64,000 nucleotides of DNA. Origin: Acidobacteriota bacterium (GTDB lineage: Bacteria; Acidobacteriota; CAIWXX01). The DNA lies in assembly GCA_040755995.1 (NCBI GenBank), contig JBFMAF010000026.1, positions 130,360 through 194,359 of the forward strand, given 5' to 3'. Shown piece after piece: positions 1 through 9,680 of this stretch. Below the pieces are notes generated by a model. The model made no database searches and had not been told where the DNA came from. It worked only from the letters and a program-made list of their open reading frames with translations. Position 1 is the stretch's first letter. Each line of letters begins with the position of its first letter. The translations under genes and the position numbers were made by a program.

Positions 1-1
1 C

Positions 2-1321
2 GAGAAGCGGCGCCACCTGCAGCTATCGAAGAGTCCTCTGTTGTGTTTCTCGGGGCCGCCTGGCACGGGCAAGACGTCGATCGGCCAGTCGATTGCGGAG
101 GCGTTGGAGCGGAGGTTCGTGCGGATTTCGGTGGCGGGGCTGCGGGATGAGGCTGACATGCGAGGCCATCGAAGAACGTACGTGGGGGCGATGCCGGGGA
201 GGATCATCAACGAGATCAAACGCATTGACGTCCGGAACCCGGTATTCATGCTCGACGAAATCGACAAAGTGGGGCAGGACTTCCGCGGCGATCCCGCCTC
301 GGTTCTGCTGGAGGTGCTCGATCCGGAGCAGAACAGCCGCTTTGTCGACCACTACCTGGATGTACCCTTCGATCTATCCGGCGTCATGTTCATCGCCACC
401 GCGAACATCGTGGAAAAACTGCCGGACGCGCTGCGTGACCGGCTGGAAGTGATACCGTTCCCGGGATACACGGAATCGGAGAAGCAGAAGATCGCGAGAC
501 AGTATCTCATACCTCGCCAGTCGAGGGAGCACGGCCTGCCGCTTCAGGAGGTAGACTTCACCGACGGGGCCGTCGTCAAGCTCATCCGCGAGCACACGCA
601 GGAGGCCGGCGTGAGAAACCTGGAAAGAGAGATCGCGACCATCCTCCGGAAGCTGGCCCGGCGGCAGTTGCGCGGCGATAGGGACACGGGTCGGACGCAG
701 ATCGATGAGGCGTTGGTCGAAGCCCTGTTGGGGCCACGCAGGTTCACTCACGATACCATCAGCGGTGCGAACCGCACGGGAGTAGCTACCGGGCTCGTCT
801 GGACGGAGTTCGGTGGTGAGATCGTCTTCGTCGAGACGACCATGATGAAAGGGAGCCAGCAGCTCATCTTGACCGGCTCTCTCGGGAGTGTACTGCGCGA
901 GTCGGCCCAGACGGCGCTGAGCTATATTCGAAGTCGCGCGAGCGATTTTGGGGTCGATCCTGATTTCTTCAGGGGGCACGACATTCACGTCCATATTCCC
1001 GCGGGTGCAATTCCCAAGGACGGCCCCTCGGCCGGCCTGACTGTGGCGTTGGCCTTGATCTCACTGCTCACGGGCAGGCCCGCCCGCTGCGATACGGCTC
1101 TCACGGGCGAGATAACCCTCAACGGCCGCATCCTGCCCATCAGCGGCGTCCGAGAGAAGGTGCTTGCCGCTCAGCGAGCAGGTGTCAGGTGTGTCGTGTT
1201 CCCTGCAGACAACGCGGTCGACGTGGCGGGACTGGACTCGGAGACGAAGGAAGGCGTCGAGGTCATCCTCGCAGGTGAGATTGCCACGCTTCTTGACGTG
1301 GTGCTCGTCGCCCCGGCCTGA
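2..1321 (+). CDS. lon: ATP-dependent Lon protease (5'-truncated by window edge)
   Basis: Walker A GPPGTGKTS, Walker B MLDEIDK, RGHRRTYVGAMPG, catalytic PKDGPSAG Ser and downstream EKVLAA Lys; frame is open back to position 2. Confidence 0.95.
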   Translation, partial: EKRRHLQLSKSPLLCFSGPPGTGKTSIGQSIAEALERRFVRISVAGLRDEADMRGHRRTYVGAMPGRIINEIKRIDVRNPVFMLDEIDKVGQDFRGDPASVLLEVLDPEQNSRFVDHYLDVPFDLSGVMFIATANIVEKLPDALRDRLEVIPFPGYTESEKQKIARQYLIPRQSREHGLPLQEVDFTDGAVVKLIREHTQEAGVRNLEREIATILRKLARRQLRGDRDTGRTQIDEALVEALLGPRRFTHDTISGANRTGVATGLVWTEFGGEIVFVETTMMKGSQQLILTGSLGSVLRESAQTALSYIRSRASDFGVDPDFFRGHDIHVHIPAGAIPKDGPSAGLTVALALISLLTGRPARCDTALTGEITLNGRILPISGVREKVLAAQRAGVRCVVFPADNAVDVAGLDSETKEGVEVILAGEIATLLDVVLVAPA

Positions 1322-1344
1322 GCCGCATGCTCTGGATCGGAAAT

Positions 1345-1372
1345 GGGCAGGGCGCGCGCCGCGCGCCCCTAC
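1345..1372. repeat. GC-rich REP-like palindrome/hairpin after lon
   Basis: ggcagggcgcgcgccgcgcgcccctac; reads GTAGGGGCGCGCGG-CGCGCGCCC on the minus strand. Confidence 0.45.
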
Positions 1373-1386
1373 GCCTCATCTGGCGG

Positions 1387-1527
1387 TTTGCATTGTGCCC
1401 TTTGCATTTCGCGCTCCACACTGTGCACTCCACGCTCTGCATATTGTTTACATATGGCAATGTGCACGGCGCATGTTCCTTACACTTTGCATTCAGTGCA
1501 TACCGTGCACTTTGCATGTTGCATTGT
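1387..1527. repeat. Degenerate heptamer tandem-repeat array (TTTGCAT/TGTGCAC-like)
   Basis: tttgcat tgtgccc tttgcat ttcgcgc tccacac tgtgcac tccacgc tctgcat ... tttgcat gttgcat, between convergent genes. Confidence 0.7.
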
Positions 1528-1528
1528 C

Positions 1529-2878
1529 CTAGGATTCCATCTTGTATCGTCGGAGCTTTCGCCAGAGCGAGACCCGATCGATTCCCAGCATCTCCGCCGC
1601 CCTCGTCTTGTTGCCCTGCACCTGCTCCAGGACCCACGCGATGTACTCTTTCTCGTTCTCCTCCAGTGTCAGGAAGCGTGAGGGCCCACGGCACTGAAAG
1701 CGGAGGCTCAGCTGCTGCAGGTCTGGCGGCAGGTGGCGGCGTTCGATAATCGGGCCCTCTGCCAGCGCCACAGCCCGCTCGATCACATTCTCCAGCTCGC
1801 GCACGTTGCCCGGGAACTCATAGGACATGAGCGTCTGCATCACATCATCGGCGACGCGGTCGATCCGTTTGGCCTGAGCCAGGGAGAACTTCTGAATGAA
1901 GTGCTGGACGAGCAGTGGAACGTCGTCGTTTCGTTCGGCAAGCGAGGGGACGCGAATTGCGAAGATGTTGAGACGATAGTACAGGTCCTGGCGGAACGCA
2001 CCCCTCTCGACTTCCAGCTTGAGATCCTTGTTGGTCGCGGCTATCACACGGATATCTACGGCGATCTCGTCGGTCGCCCCTACGCGCATGAGTCGCTTCT
2101 CCTGCAGCACTCGAAGCAGCTTGACCTGCATGGACTGGGGCATTTCTGCGATCTCGTCCAGGAACATGGTCCCGTCGCTGGCGGCTTCCAAGAGCCCCTT
2201 CTTGACGCTGCGGGCCCCTGTGAACGCCTCGCGCTCGTGGCCAAACAGCTCGTTTGCCAGCAGCTCCTCGGAAAAGGCGCCGCAATTGACGGCGAGGAAG
2301 CGACGGGCGGAGCGGCTGCTGAGCTGATGAACCGTCTTCGCCACCAGCTCCTTGCCCGTCCCGGTCGCTCCAAGTATCAGGACTGTGCAGTCGGTCGCGG
2401 CGACCTGCGCGATGCTCTTCTTGAGAGCCTCCATAGGAGGGCTGCTGCCGACCAGATTGTCGATCTCCTTCCGCACTTCCTGCCTGAGCTGTGTGACTTC
2501 ACGGCGGAGGGCACGCCGCTCGACCGCCCTGCGGGCGACGATCCTGACTTCGTCGATTTCGTAAGGCTTGGGGATGTAGTGATACGCGCCTTTGTGCATC
2601 GCCTCCACAGCCGAGGCCACCGTCGCGTATCCCGTGATCACGATGACCTCGGTGTCCGGCCAGAGCTGCTTCGCCCGTTCCATGACCTGCATCCCGTCGA
2701 AGTCCGGCATGCGCAGGTCGGTGAACACAAGATCGAACTCCGCGCTCTCCAGCTCCCGGATAGCAGCCGCTCCACCCGCTGCCGTTACCGTCGCATAACC
2801 TTCTTTGCGGAGGACATGATCCAGATTCTCGCGCGCGATTGCCTCGTCTTCTACGATCAGTATGCGAGGCGGGTCCAC
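1529..2878 (-). CDS. Sigma-54-dependent response regulator (NtrC family: REC-AAA+-Fis HTH)
   Basis: REC (IVEDE, DLRMP, KP), GATGTGKE, EAFTGA, FLDEI, FRQDLYYRL, PGNVRELEN, C-terminal HTH. Confidence 0.95.
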   Translation of the reverse strand: MDPPRILIVEDEAIARENLDHVLRKEGYATVTAAGGAAAIRELESAEFDLVFTDLRMPDFDGMQVMERAKQLWPDTEVIVITGYATVASAVEAMHKGAYHYIPKPYEIDEVRIVARRAVERRALRREVTQLRQEVRKEIDNLVGSSPPMEALKKSIAQVAATDCTVLILGATGTGKELVAKTVHQLSSRSARRFLAVNCGAFSEELLANELFGHEREAFTGARSVKKGLLEAASDGTMFLDEIAEMPQSMQVKLLRVLQEKRLMRVGATDEIAVDIRVIAATNKDLKLEVERGAFRQDLYYRLNIFAIRVPSLAERNDDVPLLVQHFIQKFSLAQAKRIDRVADDVMQTLMSYEFPGNVRELENVIERAVALAEGPIIERRHLPPDLQQLSLRFQCRGPSRFLTLEENEKEYIAWVLEQVQGNKTRAAEMLGIDRVSLWRKLRRYKMES

Positions 2879-2909
2879 GACTCAGTCCTCCCCGGAGGCG
2901 ATGAACATG

Positions 2910-4391
2910 TCACAGGATCAGAGACCCCGGGTCCGTCATCTCGGAGGCGGGCTCGGTGGGTGTGAGACTCGGGCGCAGCGGCAGTCTGATGGTGAAGCGA
3001 GTACCCTCGCCCTGCTTGCTCTCCACGGTTATCGTCCCCTGATGGCGCTGGATGATACCATAGACGATCGAGAGCCCCAATCCGGTGCCGGAGCTCACAT
3101 CTTTGGTCGTGAAGAACGGATCGAAGATGCGCGGGAGGTCCTTGTCGGCGATGCCGATGCCCGTGTCTTCCAGCGTGATGACGGCCTGGTCCTGGGCGGC
3201 ATCCGTGGATGCGTGGATGCGGACCTGGCCCGGAGGGGATTCGATTGCCTGGATGGCGTTCATCAACAGGTTCAGGAACACCTGCTGCATGCGCTGTGAG
3301 TCCAGGTACAGCATCATCTCCTTCGGGACTTCCCTGAGCAGGTCGACACCGGGCGGCAATTGGCTCGATATCAATCTCACCGAGCTCTCCACCACCTCCC
3401 ACAGCGACGCCCGGTTGAGCGCGAACTCCTTGACCCTGGAGAACTCAAGAAGGCCCCGCACGGTGTCGCGCGCCCTCCGGACCTCCTGCTCGACATTCGC
3501 GAGCATCTTTCGGAGAAACGGGGCGTCGCCGTGGCCGAGCTCCTCGATGAGTATCTGGCAGGAGGTGGAGATGTTGTTTAGCGGGTTGTTGAGCTGATGG
3601 GCGATGCCCGAAGTGAGGATTCCGAGCGACGAGAGCTTCTTGGCCTGGAGAAGCTGATCCTGTCGCTTCTGGAGCTCCATGACCATGCGATTGAATACCT
3701 CGACCACGCGTTGCGTCTCGTCACCGGAATCTACGACCGGCAGGAGACTAAAGTGACCTTGAGCTATGCGGTGCGTCGTCTCCTCGATCGCTCTCAGTGG
3801 TCGTATGATCCCTCTGGCAACCACCGGAATGAGGAAGGCGCTCAGGCCGAGGAACACGAGCAACGAGTAGAGGAGGTGGGCCTTGAGCGTCCGGATGATC
3901 GTCAGCACTTTCTCCCGTTCGAAGCTCACCAGCTCTTGTGCGATATCCACCATGGTCTTGCCGGTCTCCCGCAGACGCTCCTCCACGTGCTCCGCGCACA
4001 GCCTGTCCGACCGCTCGCGGCAGCCCTGTATCTGCTGCATCAGGTTGCGATACTCGTAGAAATCGCTCTGGAGCACGTCCAGTCGCAGAGCCCCCTCCAC
4101 GTCCGCTATCTCCGGCTCGATCGAGTCGAGCACCTCGATGCCTTTCTGCACGTACCGGCTGTTCTCGTCCAGATCGCTCTGCATGCCATATAACAGGTAG
4201 TTCTTCTCGTACCGGCGCGCCTCCAGAATAACGTTGCTGAGGTCGTCCGCGATCTCTACTATGCGCTGGTTGCGTTCCACCTGCCTCAGGTAGTCGTACG
4301 AAAGCGCCCCGATCGAACCGATGAGGATAACCGCCAGCGTGAGCGCACCCGCGACCTTCTGCCTGATGTTCAGACGGAGCCTTGATCGCAT
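2910..4391 (-). CDS. Membrane sensor histidine kinase (2 TM, HAMP, HisKA, HATPase)
   Basis: H-box GIAHQLNNPL, N-box NLLMNAIQA, DTGIGI, FDPFFTTK, GTGLGL. Confidence 0.95.
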   Translation of the reverse strand: MRSRLRLNIRQKVAGALTLAVILIGSIGALSYDYLRQVERNQRIVEIADDLSNVILEARRYEKNYLLYGMQSDLDENSRYVQKGIEVLDSIEPEIADVEGALRLDVLQSDFYEYRNLMQQIQGCRERSDRLCAEHVEERLRETGKTMVDIAQELVSFEREKVLTIIRTLKAHLLYSLLVFLGLSAFLIPVVARGIIRPLRAIEETTHRIAQGHFSLLPVVDSGDETQRVVEVFNRMVMELQKRQDQLLQAKKLSSLGILTSGIAHQLNNPLNNISTSCQILIEELGHGDAPFLRKMLANVEQEVRRARDTVRGLLEFSRVKEFALNRASLWEVVESSVRLISSQLPPGVDLLREVPKEMMLYLDSQRMQQVFLNLLMNAIQAIESPPGQVRIHASTDAAQDQAVITLEDTGIGIADKDLPRIFDPFFTTKDVSSGTGLGLSIVYGIIQRHQGTITVESKQGEGTRFTIRLPLRPSLTPTEPASEMTDPGSLIL

Positions 4392-4437
4392 ACCTGCCTG
4401 GCTAGAAGCGAAGGCCCGCCCTGACGTACATGTGCGG

Positions 4438-5625
4438 TCAGGAGCCGCCGGTCCGAGTGAAGCGGAGGTGCTGATTGACGAACTGTTCGATGTACATGTC
4501 GGTGACCGGCTCGTTGAGCAGCACCATGTCGAGCTGCTTGGTGTAGGCCGTCAGCTTGCCGATCGCCTCCAGCCGCGCCTCCAGGTCCTCCAGCGCCCGC
4601 CGGGCCAGAATCGAATCGATCAGGTCGTCCTTCTGGAACACCCTGAAGCCCATCCGCCTGAGGATCTCGGCTACCAGTCTGATCCGCCGGAGCCTCCGGT
4701 CAAGCGCGGCGCCGCCGCCCTTGAAGAAGAACCGTATGTAGTTCTCGGAAACGCTCTCGCCGGCGTAGGAGTCCACCATGGAGAAATGATACCCCAGCCT
4801 GATCGCGAAGTTCGTGTAGTTCCGGGACACGACACCGAAGCTCCGTTCTCCCATTCTCCGGATCTGTTCGTCCGGCACAGTCGCCGCGTGGGCCATCATG
4901 CCCAGGAATCCACGAGCATCGACCGGCGGGGGATCGGGCCATTTCATCGAAATCATCCCCTTCAGCAAGGGACGAAACGGCACCGACAGAATATCTTCCG
5001 GCGTGGCTTTTTTCAGATCGGGTTTGAGCCCGCCCCCCATGTCGGAAATCTGCGCGAGGATCGGGATGCCGGCGACCAGGTCCACCGTCCGCTTCGCCTG
5101 GACGTGCAGCCCGGATGTAACCTTGACGAAAAAATAGATCGCCTTCTCGTGTGAGAAGTGCGTGACGTCGTGCAGAGTCCGGCACGACTCGGGCTTGAAA
5201 TCCGGATCCTCGGGGTCCACAAGATGAAGAGGGGAGATGTGATGCAGCAGGTCCGGAAGCGCAGGGGGGCCGCCGGATTCCTCCGATCGAGGATTCAACC
5301 GCGCTTCCAGCGCACATCGGATCCGTTCGTCGATCCCGGCGACGATCGAGGGAAGCTGCGGGAATTTCTCCTTGGAGAGCGCATTCAGCCCGTCCACCAT
5401 GCACACCACATCTCTTGCCAGCTCACCGATCGCTCCCGCCAGGCGACCCGGGTCAGGATTGTCCTTCGTAACCAGCGCTTCCTCGATCTCGGCGATCAGC
5501 TCCAGCGCGCGGTTGTTCCTCGCGAGTATGTCTTGGAACACGCCGCAGGGCTCGACTGCCGCCGCGGGTGTCTCCTCAGCGACCGCAGTTGCGTTCCTCC
5601 GAAAGAGCTTCCAGATATCCGGCAT
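4438..5625 (-). CDS. PEP-synthase/PPDK-family accessory-domain protein lacking the nucleotide-binding and phospho-His domains
   Basis: N-terminal FQDILARNNRALELIAE helix joined directly to ISPLHLVDP..CRTLHDVTHFSHEKA..RLGYHFS..FKGG..QLDM, as recalled from long 'PEP/pyruvate-binding' proteins. Confidence 0.65.
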   Translation of the reverse strand: MPDIWKLFRRNATAVAEETPAAAVEPCGVFQDILARNNRALELIAEIEEALVTKDNPDPGRLAGAIGELARDVVCMVDGLNALSKEKFPQLPSIVAGIDERIRCALEARLNPRSEESGGPPALPDLLHHISPLHLVDPEDPDFKPESCRTLHDVTHFSHEKAIYFFVKVTSGLHVQAKRTVDLVAGIPILAQISDMGGGLKPDLKKATPEDILSVPFRPLLKGMISMKWPDPPPVDARGFLGMMAHAATVPDEQIRRMGERSFGVVSRNYTNFAIRLGYHFSMVDSYAGESVSENYIRFFFKGGGAALDRRLRRIRLVAEILRRMGFRVFQKDDLIDSILARRALEDLEARLEAIGKLTAYTKQLDMVLLNEPVTDMYIEQFVNQHLRFTRTGGS

Positions 5626-5693
5626 GCGGGGTAATTATACAGCGCGTCATCAGTCCACAACAGATCCCCGAGCCGCCTTCGTCCGGCGGCACC

Positions 5694-5789
5694 GCACGTG
5701 CACACGTGAACGTAGACATCGACGTGAACGTGAACGAATCCCAGCGGTTGGGCCGTTCACGTCCACGTTCACGTTCTACGATCACGATC
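5694..5789. repeat. Inverted repeat built from hexamer units (CGTGAA)n ... (TTCACG)n
   Basis: cgtgaacgtagacatcgacgtgaacgtgaacg-aatcccagcggttgggc-cgttcacgtccacgttcacgttctacg. Confidence 0.7.
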
Positions 5790-5900
5790 AGCAACCAGCT
5801 GGGGAAGGTGTCTCTGAATGGTATCACCGCACCACAGCATTGGCACCGGATCGGGGAGTCGACGCGCCGGATGACGCGCTGCGTCACAACAGGATGACGC

Positions 5901-5929
5901 TTGACTGAAATAGGTAATATCATTAGTCT
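5901..5929 (+). promoter_or_regulatory. Putative sigma-70 promoter of the GntR operon
   Basis: TTGACT-17 bp-TAGTCT in an AT-rich patch 25 bp upstream of the ATG at 5955. Confidence 0.6.
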
Positions 5930-5933
5930 GATG

Positions 5934-5946
5934 TTGTCTTAAGATC
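5934..5946. promoter_or_regulatory. Candidate GntR/HutC operator
   Basis: Near-palindrome GTCTTAAGAT (core TCTTAAGA) directly downstream of the -10 box. Confidence 0.4.
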
Positions 5947-5954
5947 GTAAGGTT

Positions 5955-6719
5955 ATGACAACCGGACAATCGAATCCACCAACTGAGCCTCTGGACCGTG
6001 ATCATCACCAGAAGCTGTATGTGCAGCTATATGAGGCGTTGAAGCGCAAGATCGAGACAGGGGAGTGGGCGGTTGGATCGCAGATTCCGACCGAGGGCGG
6101 GCTCTGCGAGATGTTCAACGTGAGCCGAGCTACTGTGCGTGCAGCCATGCAGGACCTTGCCCGCCAGGGCTATCTGACTCGCCGGCAGGGCAAGGGTACA
6201 TTTGTTCAGCGGCGGACGGCATCCGAAGGTCTCCCGGTACACACGAGCTTCCAGGAGCTGATGCTGGAAGACGCGGCGAAATGCGCCGTCACACTACTGG
6301 CGCGCACGGTCATGATGCCGGTGGACGGGCTGGACGCGGAGCTCGGCATCGCTCCGGACAGGCACGTGATCTACATCAGGCGGCTCTGGGCGATGGCGAA
6401 CGAGCCGGTGATTCAGCAGGAGGCCTACATCCCCTACCAGGCGTGCCCTGCTCTTCTGGAAGCGGAAATCTCAGGTGAGCCGCTGGTGTCGATTCTGGAG
6501 CGCAAGCACGGTATCAGGATCACTCGAGTGAGAACAAGGCTGGATGCGGTCCCGGCCGGCCCGGCGGATCGAAAGGCGATGAAAGTGCACGAAGGGTCCC
6601 CGTTGCTGGTTCTGCTCCAGCATTTCTACTCCGGCGATACCGCCGTCGCATACGCGCGTTCGATAAAACCGGCTCGAAAACAGAGCCTGCTACTGGACTT
6701 CGAAAGGGAATCGGCTTGA
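5955..6719 (+). CDS. GntR family transcriptional regulator, HutC/UTRA subfamily
   Basis: wHTH (QIPTE..LCEMFNVSRATVRAAM..L..QG.LTRRQGKGTFV) plus UTRA-like C-terminus. Confidence 0.93.
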   Translation: MTTGQSNPPTEPLDRDHHQKLYVQLYEALKRKIETGEWAVGSQIPTEGGLCEMFNVSRATVRAAMQDLARQGYLTRRQGKGTFVQRRTASEGLPVHTSFQELMLEDAAKCAVTLLARTVMMPVDGLDAELGIAPDRHVIYIRRLWAMANEPVIQQEAYIPYQACPALLEAEISGEPLVSILERKHGIRITRVRTRLDAVPAGPADRKAMKVHEGSPLLVLLQHFYSGDTAVAYARSIKPARKQSLLLDFERESA

Positions 6720-6734
6720 TGAAAGGAGGAGCCA

Positions 6735-7259
6735 ATGTCTGATACCAAGGTCGTCAAAGATCTGATGATCGGCATCTTCGACTACCCGCATGTACCGTAC
6801 TGGTTCTCGATCAGCCAGGCAATCAAGATCGTGAGGGTATCGTTCCTGGACACCAACAAGTATCCCGAGCCGCTCGCGATCCTCGTCTTTGACCAGAAAT
6901 ACCACCTCCTCGGCACACTCACGCTCCGGGATATCCTTCGCGGATTGGAACCCAAGTTCCTGAAGGCGACTGTCGGCGGAGCCCATATCGTGGAGGGGGA
7001 CCAGACGGAGCTCGCGCTCATCTGGGACAGTCTCTTCGACATCAAGGCGAAGGAGATGGCGGAGAGGCCGGTGAGCGAGATCATGATCCCGGCCAAGCAC
7101 TTCGTGGAACCGCATGATCCGATCACGAAAGCCGCGTACCTGATGCTGCAGCATGACCTTGTGCTGCTGCCGGTTCTCGAAGAGAAGCGGAAGTTCGTCG
7201 GCTTGGTGCGCATGATCGAGATCTTCGACGCGCTCTCGAACGCGATTCTGAAGGAGTAG
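6735..7259 (+). CDS. CBS-domain pair protein
   Basis: VKDLM, LLGTLTLRDIL, VSEIMIP, LPVLE..FVGLVRMIEIF; RBS GGAGGAG. Confidence 0.88.
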   Translation: MSDTKVVKDLMIGIFDYPHVPYWFSISQAIKIVRVSFLDTNKYPEPLAILVFDQKYHLLGTLTLRDILRGLEPKFLKATVGGAHIVEGDQTELALIWDSLFDIKAKEMAERPVSEIMIPAKHFVEPHDPITKAAYLMLQHDLVLLPVLEEKRKFVGLVRMIEIFDALSNAILKE

Positions 7260-7264
7260 CGGAG

Positions 7265-8779
7265 ATGGCAGAGGAGAAGAGGGCCGTCGAGGGACTGCCT
7301 GCGCCGCCTCTCGAAATCACCGTCGCGGTTCCCACGGTCAAGGTTGACTGGAAGCGGATCCTTTTCATTGCCTTGGGCCTGGCGCTTTTCCTGATTGTCT
7401 TCTACATGCCGCCGTGGCCCGACGCCGTCGACCCGCTGGGCAAGCACTTCACGCTCTCCAAAGAGGGGAAGGCCGCGATCGCGCTGTTCCTGATGGCCGG
7501 CACCTGGTGGGTCGCCGAGGTGGTGCCGATCGGCGCCACGGCCATTGCGATCGGTGTATTCCAGGTTCTGTTCAACATCCGCCCGGCCAAAGAAGCATTC
7601 AAAGATTTCTTTGATCCGTCCGTATGGTTCATATTCGGATCCGTCGTCATCGGGGCCGCCTTCACCAGGACCGGCCTCACAAAGCGGCTGGCCGTGCAGA
7701 TGCTCTCGATCGTGGGAGAGCGCACCAGCATGATCCTTCTCGGCTCATATCTCGTGACCGCCGGACTGACTCTGGTGATGGCCCACACCGCCGCGGCTGC
7801 CACCGTCTTCCCGATCCTCATGGCCACCTATGCACTGTACGGCGAAGGCGATCGCAAGACGAAGTTTGGCAAGGCGCTTTTCATCGGGATGGCGTACGCC
7901 GCAGGTGCTGGCAGCATCATTACGTACCTGGGCGCGGCGCGTGGGCCCGCCGCGGCCGGGATGTTCAAGGAGTTCACCGGGCGTGAGATGGGCTTCTTCC
8001 AGCTGCCGCTCTACATGCTCCTGATCGCCGTCGTGATGACCTTCGTCATCTGGGTCAACTTCATGGTCTTCCTGAAGCCGGAGAAGAAGACGATCCCGGG
8101 CTTGAAGGAGAAGGTGAAGCATCTTGCGAGAGAGCTCGGGCCGATGACGATCGGCGAGAAGTTCGTGATCGCAATCGTCGTCCTCGTCGTCCTCCTGATG
8201 GGCCTGCAGGCGTTTGTGCCGGCGCTCAAGACGATCGACCGAGCTGCAATCATGCTGATCGCCACACTGGCGTTCTTCGTGTTCAAGATCCTGACGGTGA
8301 AGGAGCTCGAGGAGATCCCGTGGAACATCATCCTGCTTTTCGGCGGGGCGATGAGCATCGGCTTCTGCCTGTGGCGAACGGGCGGGGCCGAGTGGCTCGC
8401 GATCGAGTGGCTCGGGCTGTTCAAGGATGCGCCGTGGTTGATATTCGTGCTGAGCGTCGCGTTCTTCGTTCTGATCACGACCAACTTCATCATGAACGTG
8501 GCGGCGATCGCGCTGTCGCTGCCGATCTCTCTAGTTGTGGCGAAGTACATGGGTGTGGCTCCCGAGGTGATCGTATATGCATCACTCGTAACAGCAGGCA
8601 TGCCGTTCTTGTTGCTCATCGGTGCAGCGCCCAACGCGATCGCGTACGGCTCGGAGCAGTTCACGGCCGGAGAGTATTTCAAGTACGGATTGATCCCGAC
8701 GGTGGTGCTGATGGTCGTGCTCGGCATCGCGATCGTGACAATCTGGCCGCTCTGCGGAATGCCCGTGCTCGTGAAATAG
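7265..8779 (+). CDS. SLC13/DASS family anion:sodium symporter
   Basis: Many TM helices; EVVPIGATA, MAHTAAAA, PWNIILLFGGAMSIG, TNFIMNVAA, LIGAAPNAI. Confidence 0.9.
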   Translation: MAEEKRAVEGLPAPPLEITVAVPTVKVDWKRILFIALGLALFLIVFYMPPWPDAVDPLGKHFTLSKEGKAAIALFLMAGTWWVAEVVPIGATAIAIGVFQVLFNIRPAKEAFKDFFDPSVWFIFGSVVIGAAFTRTGLTKRLAVQMLSIVGERTSMILLGSYLVTAGLTLVMAHTAAAATVFPILMATYALYGEGDRKTKFGKALFIGMAYAAGAGSIITYLGAARGPAAAGMFKEFTGREMGFFQLPLYMLLIAVVMTFVIWVNFMVFLKPEKKTIPGLKEKVKHLARELGPMTIGEKFVIAIVVLVVLLMGLQAFVPALKTIDRAAIMLIATLAFFVFKILTVKELEEIPWNIILLFGGAMSIGFCLWRTGGAEWLAIEWLGLFKDAPWLIFVLSVAFFVLITTNFIMNVAAIALSLPISLVVAKYMGVAPEVIVYASLVTAGMPFLLLIGAAPNAIAYGSEQFTAGEYFKYGLIPTVVLMVVLGIAIVTIWPLCGMPVLVK

Positions 8780-8856
8780 GGGAAAGGCGAGAGGGAATAG
8801 GGGAAAGGGTGGGGAGGCACGGAGCACCGAGCACTGAGCGCTGAGCACCGCGCAGC
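8779..8856. repeat. Two abutting heptamer arrays (GGGGAAA-like, then GAGCAC-like)
   Basis: ggggaaa ggcgaga gggaata ggggaaa ... ggagcac cgagcac tgagcgc tgagcac cgcgcag. Confidence 0.7.
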
Positions 8857-8895
8857 AGCCACTCTTCCTCACGAGCCAGGACTCACGGAGGGGGC

Positions 8896-9609
8896 ATGGC
8901 ATTCGAGGATATCCTGAGGGGCAGTTTTGGAAAAGTGCTCACGGAGACGAGTTTCGTCAAGAGGAGCTACAACACGCTCAAGGATCACGGGTTCACCGAC
9001 GACAACTCGATCGCCTCGGTCTGCGTGTGCCGGGACGAGATTTCGCAGCCGATCCGCAGCGCGATTCGCAGTACGTGGGGCGAGGCGTTCAATCTGTCGA
9101 GCCTCGGCGCCATGTTCACCGCGGGCAAGACGGGGCTGCGGGCCGCAATGAACCACTCGCCGCAGGTTGAGGGGAAGGAGCGGTACATCTTCTATATCCT
9201 GCCGCACATAGCGATCGACGAACAGGGGACCGCGGGCTCCTACCGGCGCAGAGGCTCGCGGCTGTCCAGCGCGTGCGGCGCCTTGTGCCAGTTCCTGGCG
9301 GAGCTGAGGGAACGGCGGGTGCGCATCTTGATGGACGAGGAGGACGTCGAGGAGAGCCTACTCAAGCGGCGTCTCGTGAGAGAGATCCCATGGGGCGAGA
9401 TACCCGAGCTGATCCCGCTCACCGAGATCGCCCGGCGGGTATCGCAGAGCGACCTCGAACACGCCTTGTACAAGGTGGTGGACTTCGCCACGAGCGATAC
9501 GGCCGTCCTCACGGGCATCCAGATCCACGGGCCCGAATCGAACTATGTCGCGCCACGAGAATCATACTTGATACTGAACGGGCAGAGGCAGGAGCTAAGG
9601 CTGGTGTAA
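8896..9609 (+). CDS. LCIB/LCIC-family (theta-type) carbonic anhydrase-like protein
   Basis: CVCRDE, FNLSSLG..GKTGLRAAMNHSP, ERYIFYILPHIAI, SSACGAL: the Cys/His/Cys Zn-ligand pattern of algal LCIB. Confidence 0.8.
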   Translation: MAFEDILRGSFGKVLTETSFVKRSYNTLKDHGFTDDNSIASVCVCRDEISQPIRSAIRSTWGEAFNLSSLGAMFTAGKTGLRAAMNHSPQVEGKERYIFYILPHIAIDEQGTAGSYRRRGSRLSSACGALCQFLAELRERRVRILMDEEDVEESLLKRRLVREIPWGEIPELIPLTEIARRVSQSDLEHALYKVVDFATSDTAVLTGIQIHGPESNYVAPRESYLILNGQRQELRLV

Positions 9610-9680
9610 GCAGTGCTGGCGCTGAGTCGATACGCGCTGAGCTTGCACCGCCGGACGACTTCCAGAGGAGATAGTGAATC

